Positions 29,358-39,639 of a stretch of DNA of 64,000 nt are shown here, one piece after another. Made by a program: the position numbers and the translations under genes. The stretch spans positions 64,001 to 128,000 of the forward strand of contig JAVHQC010000025.1 in the NCBI GenBank assembly GCA_036170915.1, written 5' to 3'. This stretch comes from Cyanobacteria bacterium auto_48_18 (GTDB taxonomy: Bacteria; Cyanobacteriota; Vampirovibrionia; Obscuribacterales; Obscuribacteraceae). The notes under the pieces are model-generated. The model saw nothing but the letters and a program-made list of their open reading frames with translations, was not told where the DNA came from and did no database searches. The first letter of the stretch is position 1. Every line of letters starts with the position of its first letter.

Positions 29358-32300
29358 TTATAAAACTGCTGCTTGCTTGCGTTCTATATTGAAATATTTG
29401 GCCTGTGGATGCACCACCACTATGGCCGAAGTGCTCTGTTCGGGCACAAGTTGGAATTCTTCAGATAAGCTGACTTCAATGCGTTCGGGCTTGAGCAGTG
29501 TAAATAACTGGCTCTGGTCTTCGAGATTCGGACAGGCCGGATAACCAAAGCTGTATCGGGTTCCACGATATCCCTGCTGGAAAAATTTCTTCCGGTCAGC
29601 TTGATCGAACTGGCCGTAACCAAGTTCAGCGCGAATCTGTTTGTGCACAAGTTCTGCCAGTGCCTCAGCAGACTCTACGGACAAGCCATGAAAATAGAGA
29701 TAATCGGAATAATGATTGCCTGCAAACAGCGCTGCTGCATGAGTACTGGCCACTTCACCCATGGTGACTATCTGAGCCGGTAGAACGTCATACTCTCCCC
29801 GGGCGCCATTGCTGAAGAAATCAGCAATGCAAAGTCTGCGACCAAATTGTTGTCTGGGAAAATCAAACCGCACCCATTCTTCTAATTCGCCAAGCTCAGT
29901 GCTTGGAATTGCTGGAATAGTTGTGTCGGAAAAATCTGTGGTTTCCTGATTGCCCTTATTCTTATAAACAATCAGTTGGTTGCCCTTGGACCGGCAAGGA
30001 AAATAACCATAAACGGCTTTTGGTTGCAACAAACTTTCAGCAATACACCGAGCTTTCATGTTTTCCAGCATCGGTGTAATTTTTTCAGCCAGCATTGCCT
30101 CATAGTCGGCATTGCTGCTCGATCCCTGCCTCACTCGGAACTGTCCGCGAATCAAGGCATTTTCATTGAGATATGAAAAAATTTCACCCAGGTCGAAATT
30201 ATGTATGGCTTTCGAACCCCAAAACGGTGGAGTAGGGATAGTCAATTCCCCTTCACCAGAGCGCAATACTTCAGAGCGCACGACAGCGACAGCTGGCCCT
30301 TGATCTTGACTTTGGTTTAGATCTTGGCTTAGCTCGTCGTCATCGTCCTTGCCGAATCTAATTTCTTCGATATCGTCGTCGTCATCAAGATCTTCACATT
30401 CAATAGCAGGCGCTTTGGGTAAAAGCGAGTGGTCACCCGAAGCAATAGCTTCCATAATGTGCAGGTCGTCGAAAGCGTCTTGCCCATAATAAAGAGTGCC
30501 TTGATAAACTTTGCGGCAATCTTCTTCTACATATCGCCTTGTCAGCGCTGCTCCACCTAAAATCACCGGCACAGAGATGCCACGCTGATTGAGAATAGAC
30601 AAATTCTCTTTCATGATCACCGTAGACTTTACTAGAAGACCGCTCATGCCGATACAATCGGCCTTATGCTGTTCAGCGGCTGAAATTATATTTTCAATTG
30701 GCTGTTTGATACCAAGATTAATAACACGGTAGCCATTGTTGGTCAAAATGATGTCTACCAGATTTTTGCCGATATCATGCACGTCACCTTTAACAGTAGC
30801 AAGAACCATGACACCACGGGTGGAGCCCTCAACTTTGTCCATGAAAGGCTCTAAATAAGAAACGGCAGCCTTCATGGTCTCAGCAGACTGAAGCACGAAT
30901 GGCAACTGCATTTTGCCCGAGCCAAATAATTCACCCACAACTTTCATGCCGTCAAGCAAAATACTATTGATAATTGCTAAAGGCTTATGTGTTTTCAGAG
31001 CTAGATCTAAATCTACGTTCAGAGCCACACGGTCGCCGTCGATGATTCGCTGCTTTAAAATGTCTTCGATACTGGCGTCAGATTTGCGCTCGGCTTTGAC
31101 GCTTGAACCTTTTTTGTCTTTATAAAAATCAAGTAGGGCAAAAAGAGGATCGTAATCTTTGGTGCGTTGATCAAAGATCAGTTTGTTGTGCATTTCCCTT
31201 TCGCTTTCGTCAATTTTATAAAGCGGGAGAATTTTCTGAGCGTTGACGATGGCCATATCAAGGCCATACTCCACAGCGTGGTGAAGGAAAACCGAGTTGA
31301 GAATGCGACGGATGCGTGCGTCCATGCCAAAGCTAATATTGCTTACACCGAGAATAGTGCGCACGCCAGGCAAGTTTTCTTTGATTAGTTTGATGCCCTG
31401 CAAAGTTTCAAGGCCAAGTTTTCGATCGTCTTCATTACCAGTAGACAAAGTAAATGTTAGAGCATCAAATATCAAATCATAGGGGGCTAAACCAGCAGCC
31501 AGTGCCAGATCATAAATGCGTTTGGCGATTGACAGTTTTTTGTCGGCTGACTTAGCCATGCCGCCTTCGTCAATGGTAAGCGCTACCGCTGCGGCACCAT
31601 AACGCTTAATCAAAGCAATTTTTTGCAGCATCTTCGCTTCGCCATCTTCGAGATTGATGGAATTGACGATTGGTTTGCCCGCAATTAAGCCGAGCGATGC
31701 TTCAAGCACCGGATACTCAGTGCTGTCTACCATAATCGGGATCTGCAATTCGGTATTTAAACGCTTGATGAAAAGGCTCATGTCGGCAACTTCATCGCGA
31801 CCTACATACGCTGTGCAAACGTCGAGAATATGTGCGCCTTCTCGTTCTTGTTCGCGGGCCATGGCGACCATACCGTCTAAGTCGCCGGCTTGCAAAAGGT
31901 CTTTGAATTTTTTACTGCCGTTGGTATTGGTGCGTTCACCCACAATCAAGGGCGGTTGGTCAATATCAAAGGCAACTGATGTATAAATGCTGGCGGCGGA
32001 GGGCGTAAAAACAGGGTGACGCTCTTTAGGCGCTACCTCACCAACACGTTTTACTACTTCGGCCAGATGAGCCGGTGTGGTGCCGCAGCAACCGCCAATA
32101 ATATTCACACCCTGATTGAGAACAAAACTTTGCAGTGAGCTTGCCAGTTCCTCTCCGGTCAGTTTATAAACAGTCTGACCATCTACGTTTTCAGGCAAGC
32201 CGGCATTCGGTAAAACCGATACCATCCGCGGTGCGTTCTGGCAAAGATATTGCACCGGATCTATCATTTCTCTCGGGCCGGTGGCGCAGTTGATACCAAT

Positions 32301-32975
32301 CACATCAACCGGATAGGCCATCAAAGTGGTCAGCGCGGCGGAGATATCGGTACCCACAAGCATTGTGCCAAGCGGTGGTGCCTCGAGAGTGACTTGAGTG
32401 ATGATCGGGACGCGCCTGCCAATTTCTCTAAAATAATCTTCCATGGCAATAATGGCGCACTTAGCTTGCAGCAAATCCTGACCGGTTTCAAATTGCAAAA
32501 CATCAACGCCACCGTCAACCAGACCGCGAACTTGCTCATAATAGGAAGCGCGCATCTGCTCAAAAGCAACATGGCCTAACGATGGAATTTTGGTTGTTGG
32601 ACCAATGGAGCCGGAAACAAACCGGGGCTTATCTTTGCTGTAGGCTCTGGCCACATTTTTAGCCAGCTCTGCTGCTTTTTTGTTTAGTTCATAAGTGCGG
32701 TGAGCCAGGCCAAACTCGGCCAGAACAATTGGAGAGCCGCCAAATGTGCAGGTTTCAACCACATCGCAGCCAACTTTAAAGAATGATTCGTGGATTTCAC
32801 CAATTACATCTGGCCGACTCGACACCAGAATTTCAGGGCAGTTCTCGCAACCTTCGTAATCATCTAAAGTCAGGTCATAGGTGTGAACCGACGTGCCCAT
32901 TGCGCCGTCAAAAATCAGAACCTTTTGCTTTAATGCTTGAAGAAAATTCACTGGCATCCTTTCGATATTATTCAA
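29358..32975 (-). CDS. metH: Cobalamin-dependent methionine synthase
   Basis: DGAMGT, GINC/GGCCG zinc sites, VGERTN..GSKKF, GDVHDIGKN B12 motif, RYSFGYPACP. Confidence 0.97.
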   Translation of the reverse strand: MNNIERMPVNFLQALKQKVLIFDGAMGTSVHTYDLTLDDYEGCENCPEILVSSRPDVIGEIHESFFKVGCDVVETCTFGGSPIVLAEFGLAHRTYELNKKAAELAKNVARAYSKDKPRFVSGSIGPTTKIPSLGHVAFEQMRASYYEQVRGLVDGGVDVLQFETGQDLLQAKCAIIAMEDYFREIGRRVPIITQVTLEAPPLGTMLVGTDISAALTTLMAYPVDVIGINCATGPREMIDPVQYLCQNAPRMVSVLPNAGLPENVDGQTVYKLTGEELASSLQSFVLNQGVNIIGGCCGTTPAHLAEVVKRVGEVAPKERHPVFTPSAASIYTSVAFDIDQPPLIVGERTNTNGSKKFKDLLQAGDLDGMVAMAREQEREGAHILDVCTAYVGRDEVADMSLFIKRLNTELQIPIMVDSTEYPVLEASLGLIAGKPIVNSINLEDGEAKMLQKIALIKRYGAAAVALTIDEGGMAKSADKKLSIAKRIYDLALAAGLAPYDLIFDALTFTLSTGNEDDRKLGLETLQGIKLIKENLPGVRTILGVSNISFGMDARIRRILNSVFLHHAVEYGLDMAIVNAQKILPLYKIDESEREMHNKLIFDQRTKDYDPLFALLDFYKDKKGSSVKAERKSDASIEDILKQRIIDGDRVALNVDLDLALKTHKPLAIINSILLDGMKVVGELFGSGKMQLPFVLQSAETMKAAVSYLEPFMDKVEGSTRGVMVLATVKGDVHDIGKNLVDIILTNNGYRVINLGIKQPIENIISAAEQHKADCIGMSGLLVKSTVIMKENLSILNQRGISVPVILGGAALTRRYVEEDCRKVYQGTLYYGQDAFDDLHIMEAIASGDHSLLPKAPAIECEDLDDDDDIEEIRFGKDDDDELSQDLNQSQDQGPAVAVVRSEVLRSGEGELTIPTPPFWGSKAIHNFDLGEIFSYLNENALIRGQFRVRQGSSSNADYEAMLAEKITPMLENMKARCIAESLLQPKAVYGYFPCRSKGNQLIVYKNKGNQETTDFSDTTIPAIPSTELGELEEWVRFDFPRQQFGRRLCIADFFSNGARGEYDVLPAQIVTMGEVASTHAAALFAGNHYSDYLYFHGLSVESAEALAELVHKQIRAELGYGQFDQADRKKFFQQGYRGTRYSFGYPACPNLEDQSQLFTLLKPERIEVSLSEEFQLVPEQSTSAIVVVHPQAKYFNIERKQAAVL

Positions 32976-32999
32976 ACAGAACTTTCCACGGGCCGGCAG

Positions 33000-33989
33000 T
33001 TAATGCGCGGGCATGAAGCCCATGGAACCCACAGTTTTCTGACCGTCTGTACTGAGGCAATAGTCAACAAACTTTTTCACTCTCGATTCGTTGGCCGCGT
33101 TGTAATACAAATATAGAGGCCGCGAAAGCGGATAATCATTACCGAAAAGGTCACTACCTTGCGAGAGATTCGGTGAGGCGGCGGTCAATTTCAATTGCAA
33201 AACACTGATTGTATCTGCGGCCTTCTGAGCTTGAGCCATGCCCACAAAGCCTATAGCCAGGCGATTTCCCATTATGGCGCCAATCAAAGATTCTGAAGAA
33301 GGCATTAGTTTGACCACAGAGCCAAATGGTTTTCCTTTAAGTACATGGGCTTGAAAATAGTCTGACGTTCCGCTTGATGCTTCGCGACCGAAAACACGAA
33401 TAGGTTCCTTAGCCAGCGCCGGATCAAGCTGATTCCACAAGATAATTTCGCCTGAATATATTTTCTCCAGATCTACCAGGTCAATAGTTTTCAATTTATT
33501 CTGTGGGTTGACCACCACAGCAACAGCGTCACGAGCCACCATCAACCGCTTTAAGTGAATCTTCTGATTGTGAGCAAGCTTCTGTTCGGCATCGGTCAGC
33601 TCACGCGAAGCCGCAGCCAGATCAATTTTTCCCGACAAAAGATCCGAGACACCAGATCCGGTATCGCCAGGTTGAACACTGATTTGAATACCTTTGTTGC
33701 TGGCCATGTAATCGCGAGCCCACTTTTGGGTCAAATTCTCCATGGTGTCAGAGCCCTGCACCATAATCGCGGAATCGCCTTTTGACTGATTGGCCTCGCC
33801 GCTGCTTGAGGTAGAGCCGCCGTTGCAGGCACCCAGGGCAAAGATCGCCGAGCAGAAAAGGGCACCACCCACAATTAAACTAGTGGTAAATCTAGAGATA
33901 AATCTGGTGGTCAACTTGGTGGGCAATTTTATATTCGATTTTGTATTCGATCTGGTCGTCAATTTGGTGTTCAATTTAAATTTCGCCAT
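33000..33989 (-). CDS. pstS: PstS-family phosphate ABC transporter substrate-binding lipoprotein
   Basis: Lipobox ALGAC; QGSDT, TGSG, ASRE, REASSGT, YPLSRPLY. Confidence 0.85.
   Translation of the reverse strand: MAKFKLNTKLTTRSNTKSNIKLPTKLTTRFISRFTTSLIVGGALFCSAIFALGACNGGSTSSSGEANQSKGDSAIMVQGSDTMENLTQKWARDYMASNKGIQISVQPGDTGSGVSDLLSGKIDLAAASRELTDAEQKLAHNQKIHLKRLMVARDAVAVVVNPQNKLKTIDLVDLEKIYSGEIILWNQLDPALAKEPIRVFGREASSGTSDYFQAHVLKGKPFGSVVKLMPSSESLIGAIMGNRLAIGFVGMAQAQKAADTISVLQLKLTAASPNLSQGSDLFGNDYPLSRPLYLYYNAANESRVKKFVDYCLSTDGQKTVGSMGFMPAH
33877..33984. repeat. Degenerate 12-bp tandem repeat (about 9 units) encoding the PstS N-terminus
   Basis: aatctggtggtc/aacttggtgggc/gatctggtcgtc/aatttggtgttc...; protein KLNT KLTT RSNT KSNI KLPT KLTT RFIS RFTT. 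Confidence 0.7.
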
Positions 33990-34124
33990 GGCTTCGTTTT
34001 CCTATCAGGCGCTTCACTCGAATAGTCGACTGAATCTACAGGACAGAGCCTTCTATTTTCAGCCCTGGCGCCCTTTAAAACATCAATATTGGCGCAATGT
34101 TTACCTTTATATGTGATTGTTCTC

Positions 34125-35807
34125 TTATGAGCTTTTCAGAGCGGCACTGGAAGCAGCTTCGAGATCGCGCAAAAGGTCACGGGCTGAGGCATAGCGGTCA
34201 CACAGCTCTTGGGCCGTGGCCCGAGCCACAATCTGATCAAGGACTGATGATACGTTCACGGTCGGGGCCGAAGCCAGAGGGTGTGAAACAGTGAGTGGTT
34301 CAGGGTCTTGCCCACTGAGTAGAAAATAAAGAGTGGCTCCCAGGGCATAGATATCGCTCTGCGGGCCGGGCCGTCCGCGAAACTGTTCAGGCGGAATATA
34401 GGCATGCTTGCCCACAACAGTCGCACCACTGGCATTTTCGAGCTGTCTGGCGACATTAAAATCGACAACTTTCACGTCGCCCACGGCATCGAGCATGATG
34501 TTATCAGGGGTCAAATCTCGATGCACAATGGCAGGATAGAAATCGTGCAAATAAATGAGCACGCTGCATAGTTGAGTCGCCACTCGGCAAACAAATTCTT
34601 CACTTTGCCGTCCTTCATTCTGTACCAGCTCTTTCAATGAGCGGCCTTCCACAAATTCGAGCGCCAAATAGCCGCGATAATCTTCCACAAAGCAATCAAA
34701 CAATTTCACCACGTGAGGATGCGCTAAGCGGCCAAGAATTTTAGCTTCGTGATGGAGCTTGTCGGTTAGCCTGGCCAACACCGAACTGCCTTGATAGACA
34801 GGCATAATATATTCTTTTAATACAACGAGATCGGACCTGTCACCACCTGCAGTATCGATTTTTTCAGCAGTTATGCCCTCAAGTGGTTTATTACTGGCGA
34901 GATAGGCGTTACCCTGACCGCCACCACCAAGCACACCAAGAATGACATACTGGCCTTCTTTCAAGGTATTGCCATTAACCAATAGCGCATCATTCTGCCT
35001 TATGTTTGCCGTAGAAAACTGGTGCAGCCAGAGTTCTGTAAATTGAGGTGCCTGCGTCACTGAACTATTTTCGAGTTGACTGGCACCCGAGTGCGACTGA
35101 TGTGAACTTAGAGAAGAAGAGCTGAGCGAAGAAAAGCTGGTCAAAGAACTTTGCGCTTGCGGTGCCCAAGTAGTGACGGCATTGAGAAAGGCAGCTTCTG
35201 AATTATCAACCAGCAAATCATCATATCGCAGGCTGTAGCTGGTTCCTAGAGCTGTTTTGATGACAACATACAAATCTTTCTCTGGAGTAAAACGCCTCAA
35301 TCTCTTCAGTTCCACAGTATCTACGGTGCTCCATGGAATTGCCACTTCAGCAAAAAGTTCATCACTGAGCTGCATGCGCAACACCATCTGCGATGGCGTT
35401 ATTTTTAAGCGTTTCGGTTTTTCCACCAACCACAAACCCAGTGTAAGCGTGACCAGAAGCCCAGTCAGAGTCAGTACCGCAGGCAGGCATGCGCCAAGCA
35501 GTATAGGACCCAGCCAGATTTGTGCCAGGCGCTCGGGAGAAGAACAAGTGTGATATGTGCAGTAAAAAACCAAGAGTGTCAAAAAGATCAAATTTGTTTT
35601 TAGAAAGGTCCCCACAAAAACTGAAGGCTGACCAAGTAAGCGATAAATGCGAATAGCACCCAGTCGTAAGCAAAGTTCGGCGTCGGCTTCGCCGGCAAAG
35701 GCAGAGACATTTGCTTCACGAGAAGCTGAAACAAGCGAACCAAGCTCAGCAACCATTCTTTTCTGCCGGGAAACCAGCTGAGGCTTTAGATATTCAGCCT
35801 CTTTCAT
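34125..35807 (-). CDS. Ser/Thr (Hanks) kinase with N-terminal TM helices
   Basis: GGGGQG, VLKE, HRDLTPDN, DFN, IPPEQ, SDIYALG; ATGA overlap with the upstream kinase. Confidence 0.9.
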   Translation of the reverse strand: MKEAEYLKPQLVSRQKRMVAELGSLVSASREANVSAFAGEADAELCLRLGAIRIYRLLGQPSVFVGTFLKTNLIFLTLLVFYCTYHTCSSPERLAQIWLGPILLGACLPAVLTLTGLLVTLTLGLWLVEKPKRLKITPSQMVLRMQLSDELFAEVAIPWSTVDTVELKRLRRFTPEKDLYVVIKTALGTSYSLRYDDLLVDNSEAAFLNAVTTWAPQAQSSLTSFSSLSSSSLSSHQSHSGASQLENSSVTQAPQFTELWLHQFSTANIRQNDALLVNGNTLKEGQYVILGVLGGGGQGNAYLASNKPLEGITAEKIDTAGGDRSDLVVLKEYIMPVYQGSSVLARLTDKLHHEAKILGRLAHPHVVKLFDCFVEDYRGYLALEFVEGRSLKELVQNEGRQSEEFVCRVATQLCSVLIYLHDFYPAIVHRDLTPDNIMLDAVGDVKVVDFNVARQLENASGATVVGKHAYIPPEQFRGRPGPQSDIYALGATLYFLLSGQDPEPLTVSHPLASAPTVNVSSVLDQIVARATAQELCDRYASARDLLRDLEAASSAALKSS

Positions 35808-37405
35808 GAAGCACCACATTCTTTTGCTCGCGCCAACAATTGCTCAAGGCTTCCTATGCGCATTTCTTGATCTTGTGCGGTGCAGTGGGCAATTAATTGA
35901 TCGAGCGCAGTCGGAATCTCAGTTATTTCGCCAGGATGCAAAGTTGTTAGCGGTTCTGGATCGCAAGCAGTGAGGGCAAAAAATATGGTGGCACCAAGAG
36001 AATAAATATCTGATGAAAAGTTGGCTTTGCCTCGAAACTGTTCAGGTGCAATATACGACTGCTTGCCCACTAAGGTACCAGTGGCGGTGCCAACCAGCGC
36101 ATTGGCAGCGCCAAAGTCTATTAGCGTCAATCGCCCATCACGAGCCAGTACTAGATTGTCTGGCGTGACGTCGCGGTGAATGATGGGCGGGTTTTGACCA
36201 TGCAAATACTTAAGAATATCAACTATCTCGGCCAGCCAGCGAAGGGCAACAGCCGCATCCTGTTTGCCATTTTCTTTAACGAAGCGGCGCAAATCTACCC
36301 CTTCGATATGCTCCAGCAAAATATAATTTCGCCCGTTGACCACAAAAAAATCAATCACTTTAGCAATGCGAGGATGGTTAAGAGCACTAAGAAGACGTGA
36401 CTCACGCTCAAACATGGCCAGAGCTTTTTGCTTTAAGGTATCATCTGAATTGACAGGCAAAACTGCTTCTTTTAAAACAAAAAGCTGTTGTGAGTTCCCT
36501 TGAATTTCGCTTTGATTGTCACGACTGACAAGATATACCGCTGAGAGCCCGCCGAAAGATAGTTGACCTTGAATTTTTAATGACAGCCCACCTTCGCGCA
36601 CAAGTACTTGACCAGGCTCAAGAGGCACGAAAATTGTAGAGCCAAAGCGGTTATCCAGCTCTTCTTCCCACAACTGCGTGAACGACGCGTGCAAACTTTG
36701 GGCCGGCGCGTAGCTGCCAAAATTTAAATTGACCTCCATCAGAGATGGTTTAAAAATCACTTGTGGTGCAAAGGTCTGCATGGCAAGGATAAGGTCTTTG
36801 AGGTGGGCACTACTCAAACCCTTGAACACGAGTGCGACGCTGGCACCGTCATTAAAGCCTAGAATTATTTTGTCGGGATGCTTCTGCCTGATGGTCTTTT
36901 GCTCACGCAAATTCTGTGGCACACCAACAAAAATTGCTTGATCGACCTGGAAATTTACTGACTCAAGCGACTGCCATGGCCTCTCCAAACAGAATTTAGC
37001 ATCAAATAAAAATTGCCAGGGTAATCGAATTGACTTACTGCTGATGGCTAAACGAGTATCAGCGCAAACTTTTAAAGCCAGACACCCTGTCGTAATCAAT
37101 GCGGCGTAAAAAAGTATGGGCAGGATGTAAATTAGACATTGCACCTGCATAAAATTACGAAAAAATTCTGCCCCCATGCTGTAGACGGCAAAAATCGACC
37201 AGCAAAACCAAATTGGTGACAGGGCAATAAGCAATGCCAGGGCAGTAAAGCTGACACGATAGCGCAGCAACTGCTGACTTTCACTTTGAGGCCCACTTTG
37301 TAGCCATTCGGTGTCGGCCGAAGAAGTTCGCTCGGACAATCTAAAACCAGAACCAGACATATTACGCTCAAAGAACTGCTTTAAGCTATTTGCCCATTCA
37401 AACAA
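35804..37405 (-). CDS. Ser/Thr (Hanks) kinase with N-terminal TM helices (paralogue)
   Basis: FGGLSAVY, VLKE, HRDVTPDN, DFG, IAPEQ, SDIYSLG; start could be the ATG at 37360. Confidence 0.9.
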   Translation of the reverse strand: MFEWANSLKQFFERNMSGSGFRLSERTSSADTEWLQSGPQSESQQLLRYRVSFTALALLIALSPIWFCWSIFAVYSMGAEFFRNFMQVQCLIYILPILFYAALITTGCLALKVCADTRLAISSKSIRLPWQFLFDAKFCLERPWQSLESVNFQVDQAIFVGVPQNLREQKTIRQKHPDKIILGFNDGASVALVFKGLSSAHLKDLILAMQTFAPQVIFKPSLMEVNLNFGSYAPAQSLHASFTQLWEEELDNRFGSTIFVPLEPGQVLVREGGLSLKIQGQLSFGGLSAVYLVSRDNQSEIQGNSQQLFVLKEAVLPVNSDDTLKQKALAMFERESRLLSALNHPRIAKVIDFFVVNGRNYILLEHIEGVDLRRFVKENGKQDAAVALRWLAEIVDILKYLHGQNPPIIHRDVTPDNLVLARDGRLTLIDFGAANALVGTATGTLVGKQSYIAPEQFRGKANFSSDIYSLGATIFFALTACDPEPLTTLHPGEITEIPTALDQLIAHCTAQDQEMRIGSLEQLLARAKECGAS

Positions 37406-37434
37406 AAAACTCCTCCGCCAGCTGGGCGGAGGAG
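37404..37434 (-). terminator. Rho-independent terminator after the small acidic ORF
   Basis: Minus strand CTCCTCCGCC-cagct-GGCGGAGGAG followed by TTTTTT. Confidence 0.75.
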
Positions 37435-37459
37435 CTTTACGTCACATCACATCGATGAT

Positions 37460-37669
37460 CTATTCTTCGTCGAACTCTTCCATGTCGCCATACTCGCTGA
37501 ATTCTTCTGCAGATTCACTGGTGGCCAGGAGAATTTCGGTAGTTAGTGTGGCAGCGCAATCTGGTGAAACGCCAACCGAAGTCAAGGTCTTTACCCAGTG
37601 CACTACTTCGTCCAACAAAGCAGTGTCCATCACTGTCTCTTTCTCTGTAGCTGTTGCTGTTTGCGACAT
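37460..37669 (-). CDS. Small acidic hypothetical protein (69 aa)
   Basis: GAGGA RBS upstream and a terminator downstream. Confidence 0.7.
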   Translation of the reverse strand: MSQTATATEKETVMDTALLDEVVHWVKTLTSVGVSPDCAATLTTEILLATSESAEEFSEYGDMEEFDEE

Positions 37670-37873
37670 TACTATTCCTCTAATTCCTTAATAAATCTGT
37701 TAAGTCTGATACCGAACCACTGTCAAAGCCGAGGCTCGTGACAAAAGCAATTCTGTAATGGCACATGCTACTCCACTAAACAGCGCTTGTGTACTGGCTT
37801 TTAATTTAATTCTGGCAAAATGCATGAACTTTTAAGCAATCTCGACCAACCGGCGCGGCAAAGCTCGACCGGC

Positions 37874-38860
37874 CTATTCACCGTCCAGCTGCCACTCCAG
37901 GGCGATTCGATCAGCACACTCCATTCCCTCTAAAGCGTCCTGAACTTCGTGACCGTCATGCTTTGCGCAACCTGCACCATCAGCCTGGCGCCGGTAAGCC
38001 TTAATCATGGCCTGGGTGCCCAAATCGCCGGCTCCCGCATCCATGGCCAGTACTTTTTCGAAAAGATCGAAAGCCAGACGAGTGCCGGGAAATTGCCCTT
38101 GAGCCGGCACGTTTTCAAAAACCAGGCGCAAATCTTTGAGCATATGCTTCATGGCAAAGGCGGGCTGCAAATCACCGGCCACAATACGCGGTCCAAGATT
38201 GCTCAAAGCCCAGGAGCCACCAGCGCCTTTCTCAAGTACATCCACAACCAACTTTTTGTCCAGTCCTAAATCTTCCACCATGCGCATAGCTTCGCAAACG
38301 CCCATAAGATTCAGGGCGCAAAGAGCTTGATTGGCCAATTTTATGGCCTGGCCTGATCCTGTAGGGCCACAGTACCGCACTGTTTTTCCCATCTGTTGCA
38401 AATAGGGCTCTACTTGATGGAAAATCGCCTCGTCGCCGCCCACCATAATAGTCAAGGTTCCTTCTCGGGCACCAACATCGCCACCGGTTACCGGTGCGTC
38501 GAGGAAAATCATTTGCGCTGCTGCCAGCTTGGCTTCGATGTCACGCGCTGCAGCCGGGCCAATGGTGCTGAAATCAACCACTATGGCCCCAGCCCCAGCT
38601 CGTTGCGACACCCCGGCCGGACCGGTGAGCACCGACTCCACATCAGCCACGTCGCCCAGGCAGCTGAAGACCAGGTCAGCTCCCGCAAGAGCATCAGACA
38701 ATTTTTGACAAACGATGGCACCAGCCTGTTCCGCCACCTCTAAACCAGGACGGGTGGAGGAGCGGTTCCAAACTTTGACTTTGAGATTCTTGCGGGCTAG
38801 ATTGGCGGCCATGGCCGATCCCATGATACCCATACCAAGGAAACAAACGTTTTTGGTCAT
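37874..38860 (-). CDS. 3-hydroxyisobutyrate/tartronate-semialdehyde reductase family NAD(P)-dependent oxidoreductase
   Basis: FLGMGIMGSAMA, DAPVTGG..GA..GTL, GSGQAIKLANQ, KDL. Confidence 0.9.
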   Translation of the reverse strand: MTKNVCFLGMGIMGSAMAANLARKNLKVKVWNRSSTRPGLEVAEQAGAIVCQKLSDALAGADLVFSCLGDVADVESVLTGPAGVSQRAGAGAIVVDFSTIGPAAARDIEAKLAAAQMIFLDAPVTGGDVGAREGTLTIMVGGDEAIFHQVEPYLQQMGKTVRYCGPTGSGQAIKLANQALCALNLMGVCEAMRMVEDLGLDKKLVVDVLEKGAGGSWALSNLGPRIVAGDLQPAFAMKHMLKDLRLVFENVPAQGQFPGTRLAFDLFEKVLAMDAGAGDLGTQAMIKAYRRQADGAGCAKHDGHEVQDALEGMECADRIALEWQLDGE

Positions 38861-39033
38861 ATCTGGAATATTTTCTGACGGCAAAGCAATCTCCTCAAAT
38901 CCTCAAATAAACTGAAGATTGTACTTAAGATTAAGGCTATATGCTCGAAGTGCAATTAATTGCCTGAGCCAGGCTTTTTAATCTTGTGCCCACGGGTATA
39001 AGCCTTTGGTAGAGTCAAAGGCGCGCTTAAATC

Positions 39034-39579
39034 ATGAGTGAAAACAAAGCGTTTGAGAAATTAAAAGGAACGCATTCTTGCCATGACTCAGGCTTAAAAT
39101 GTGTTGATTGCAATGAGCAAATTTGTCCTAAATGTATGGTGCAATGCGCTGTAGGCAATCGTTGCAAAAAATGCACCACGCGCTTTACTTCACACGTTCT
39201 ATTGGTCACACCCAAAGTGCTAGTCAAGCTGCTGGCTGTGAGCATGGCTCTTGGATTCGCCTGGGGATACGCCCAACCGTACCTGTCCATTATGGGCTTT
39301 TACGGATATTTCATTCAATTTTTTGCCGCCTGGTTTTTAGGAAAACACATTTTGCATCGGGCAGCGTCATATAAACTTGGGCCTCGCATCACCGCTGTAG
39401 CCCTGGTGGGGCTGTTGCTTGGGCTTGCTCTAGGGCCGGTGCAGCAAGATTTTCTCACGGCCCTGACCATGTATGGCTTGCCGGTGGAAGACGGCGGCGA
39501 TCAAACAGAACTGGGCCGGGTAATTGTGGCAGTGGCAGTATTTCTAGTCGGCGCCTTAATGCCGTTTTTGCGCAAATAG
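39034..39579 (+). CDS. Membrane protein with an N-terminal B-box-like zinc finger
   Basis: CVDCNEQICPKCM..AVGNRCKKC followed by about 4 TM helices. Confidence 0.7.
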   Translation: MSENKAFEKLKGTHSCHDSGLKCVDCNEQICPKCMVQCAVGNRCKKCTTRFTSHVLLVTPKVLVKLLAVSMALGFAWGYAQPYLSIMGFYGYFIQFFAAWFLGKHILHRAASYKLGPRITAVALVGLLLGLALGPVQQDFLTALTMYGLPVEDGGDQTELGRVIVAVAVFLVGALMPFLRK

Positions 39580-39639
39580 CAGCCAAATCAGGTAATCTTA
39601 AATCCGCAATCCTATTCAATTTTCAGTGAAGCGCTTTTT

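Noticed and set aside
37621..37647. Possible sixth copy of the palindrome (CAGTGTCC...TTTCTCTG)
   Set aside because: Left half-site matches poorly and the centre motif is absent
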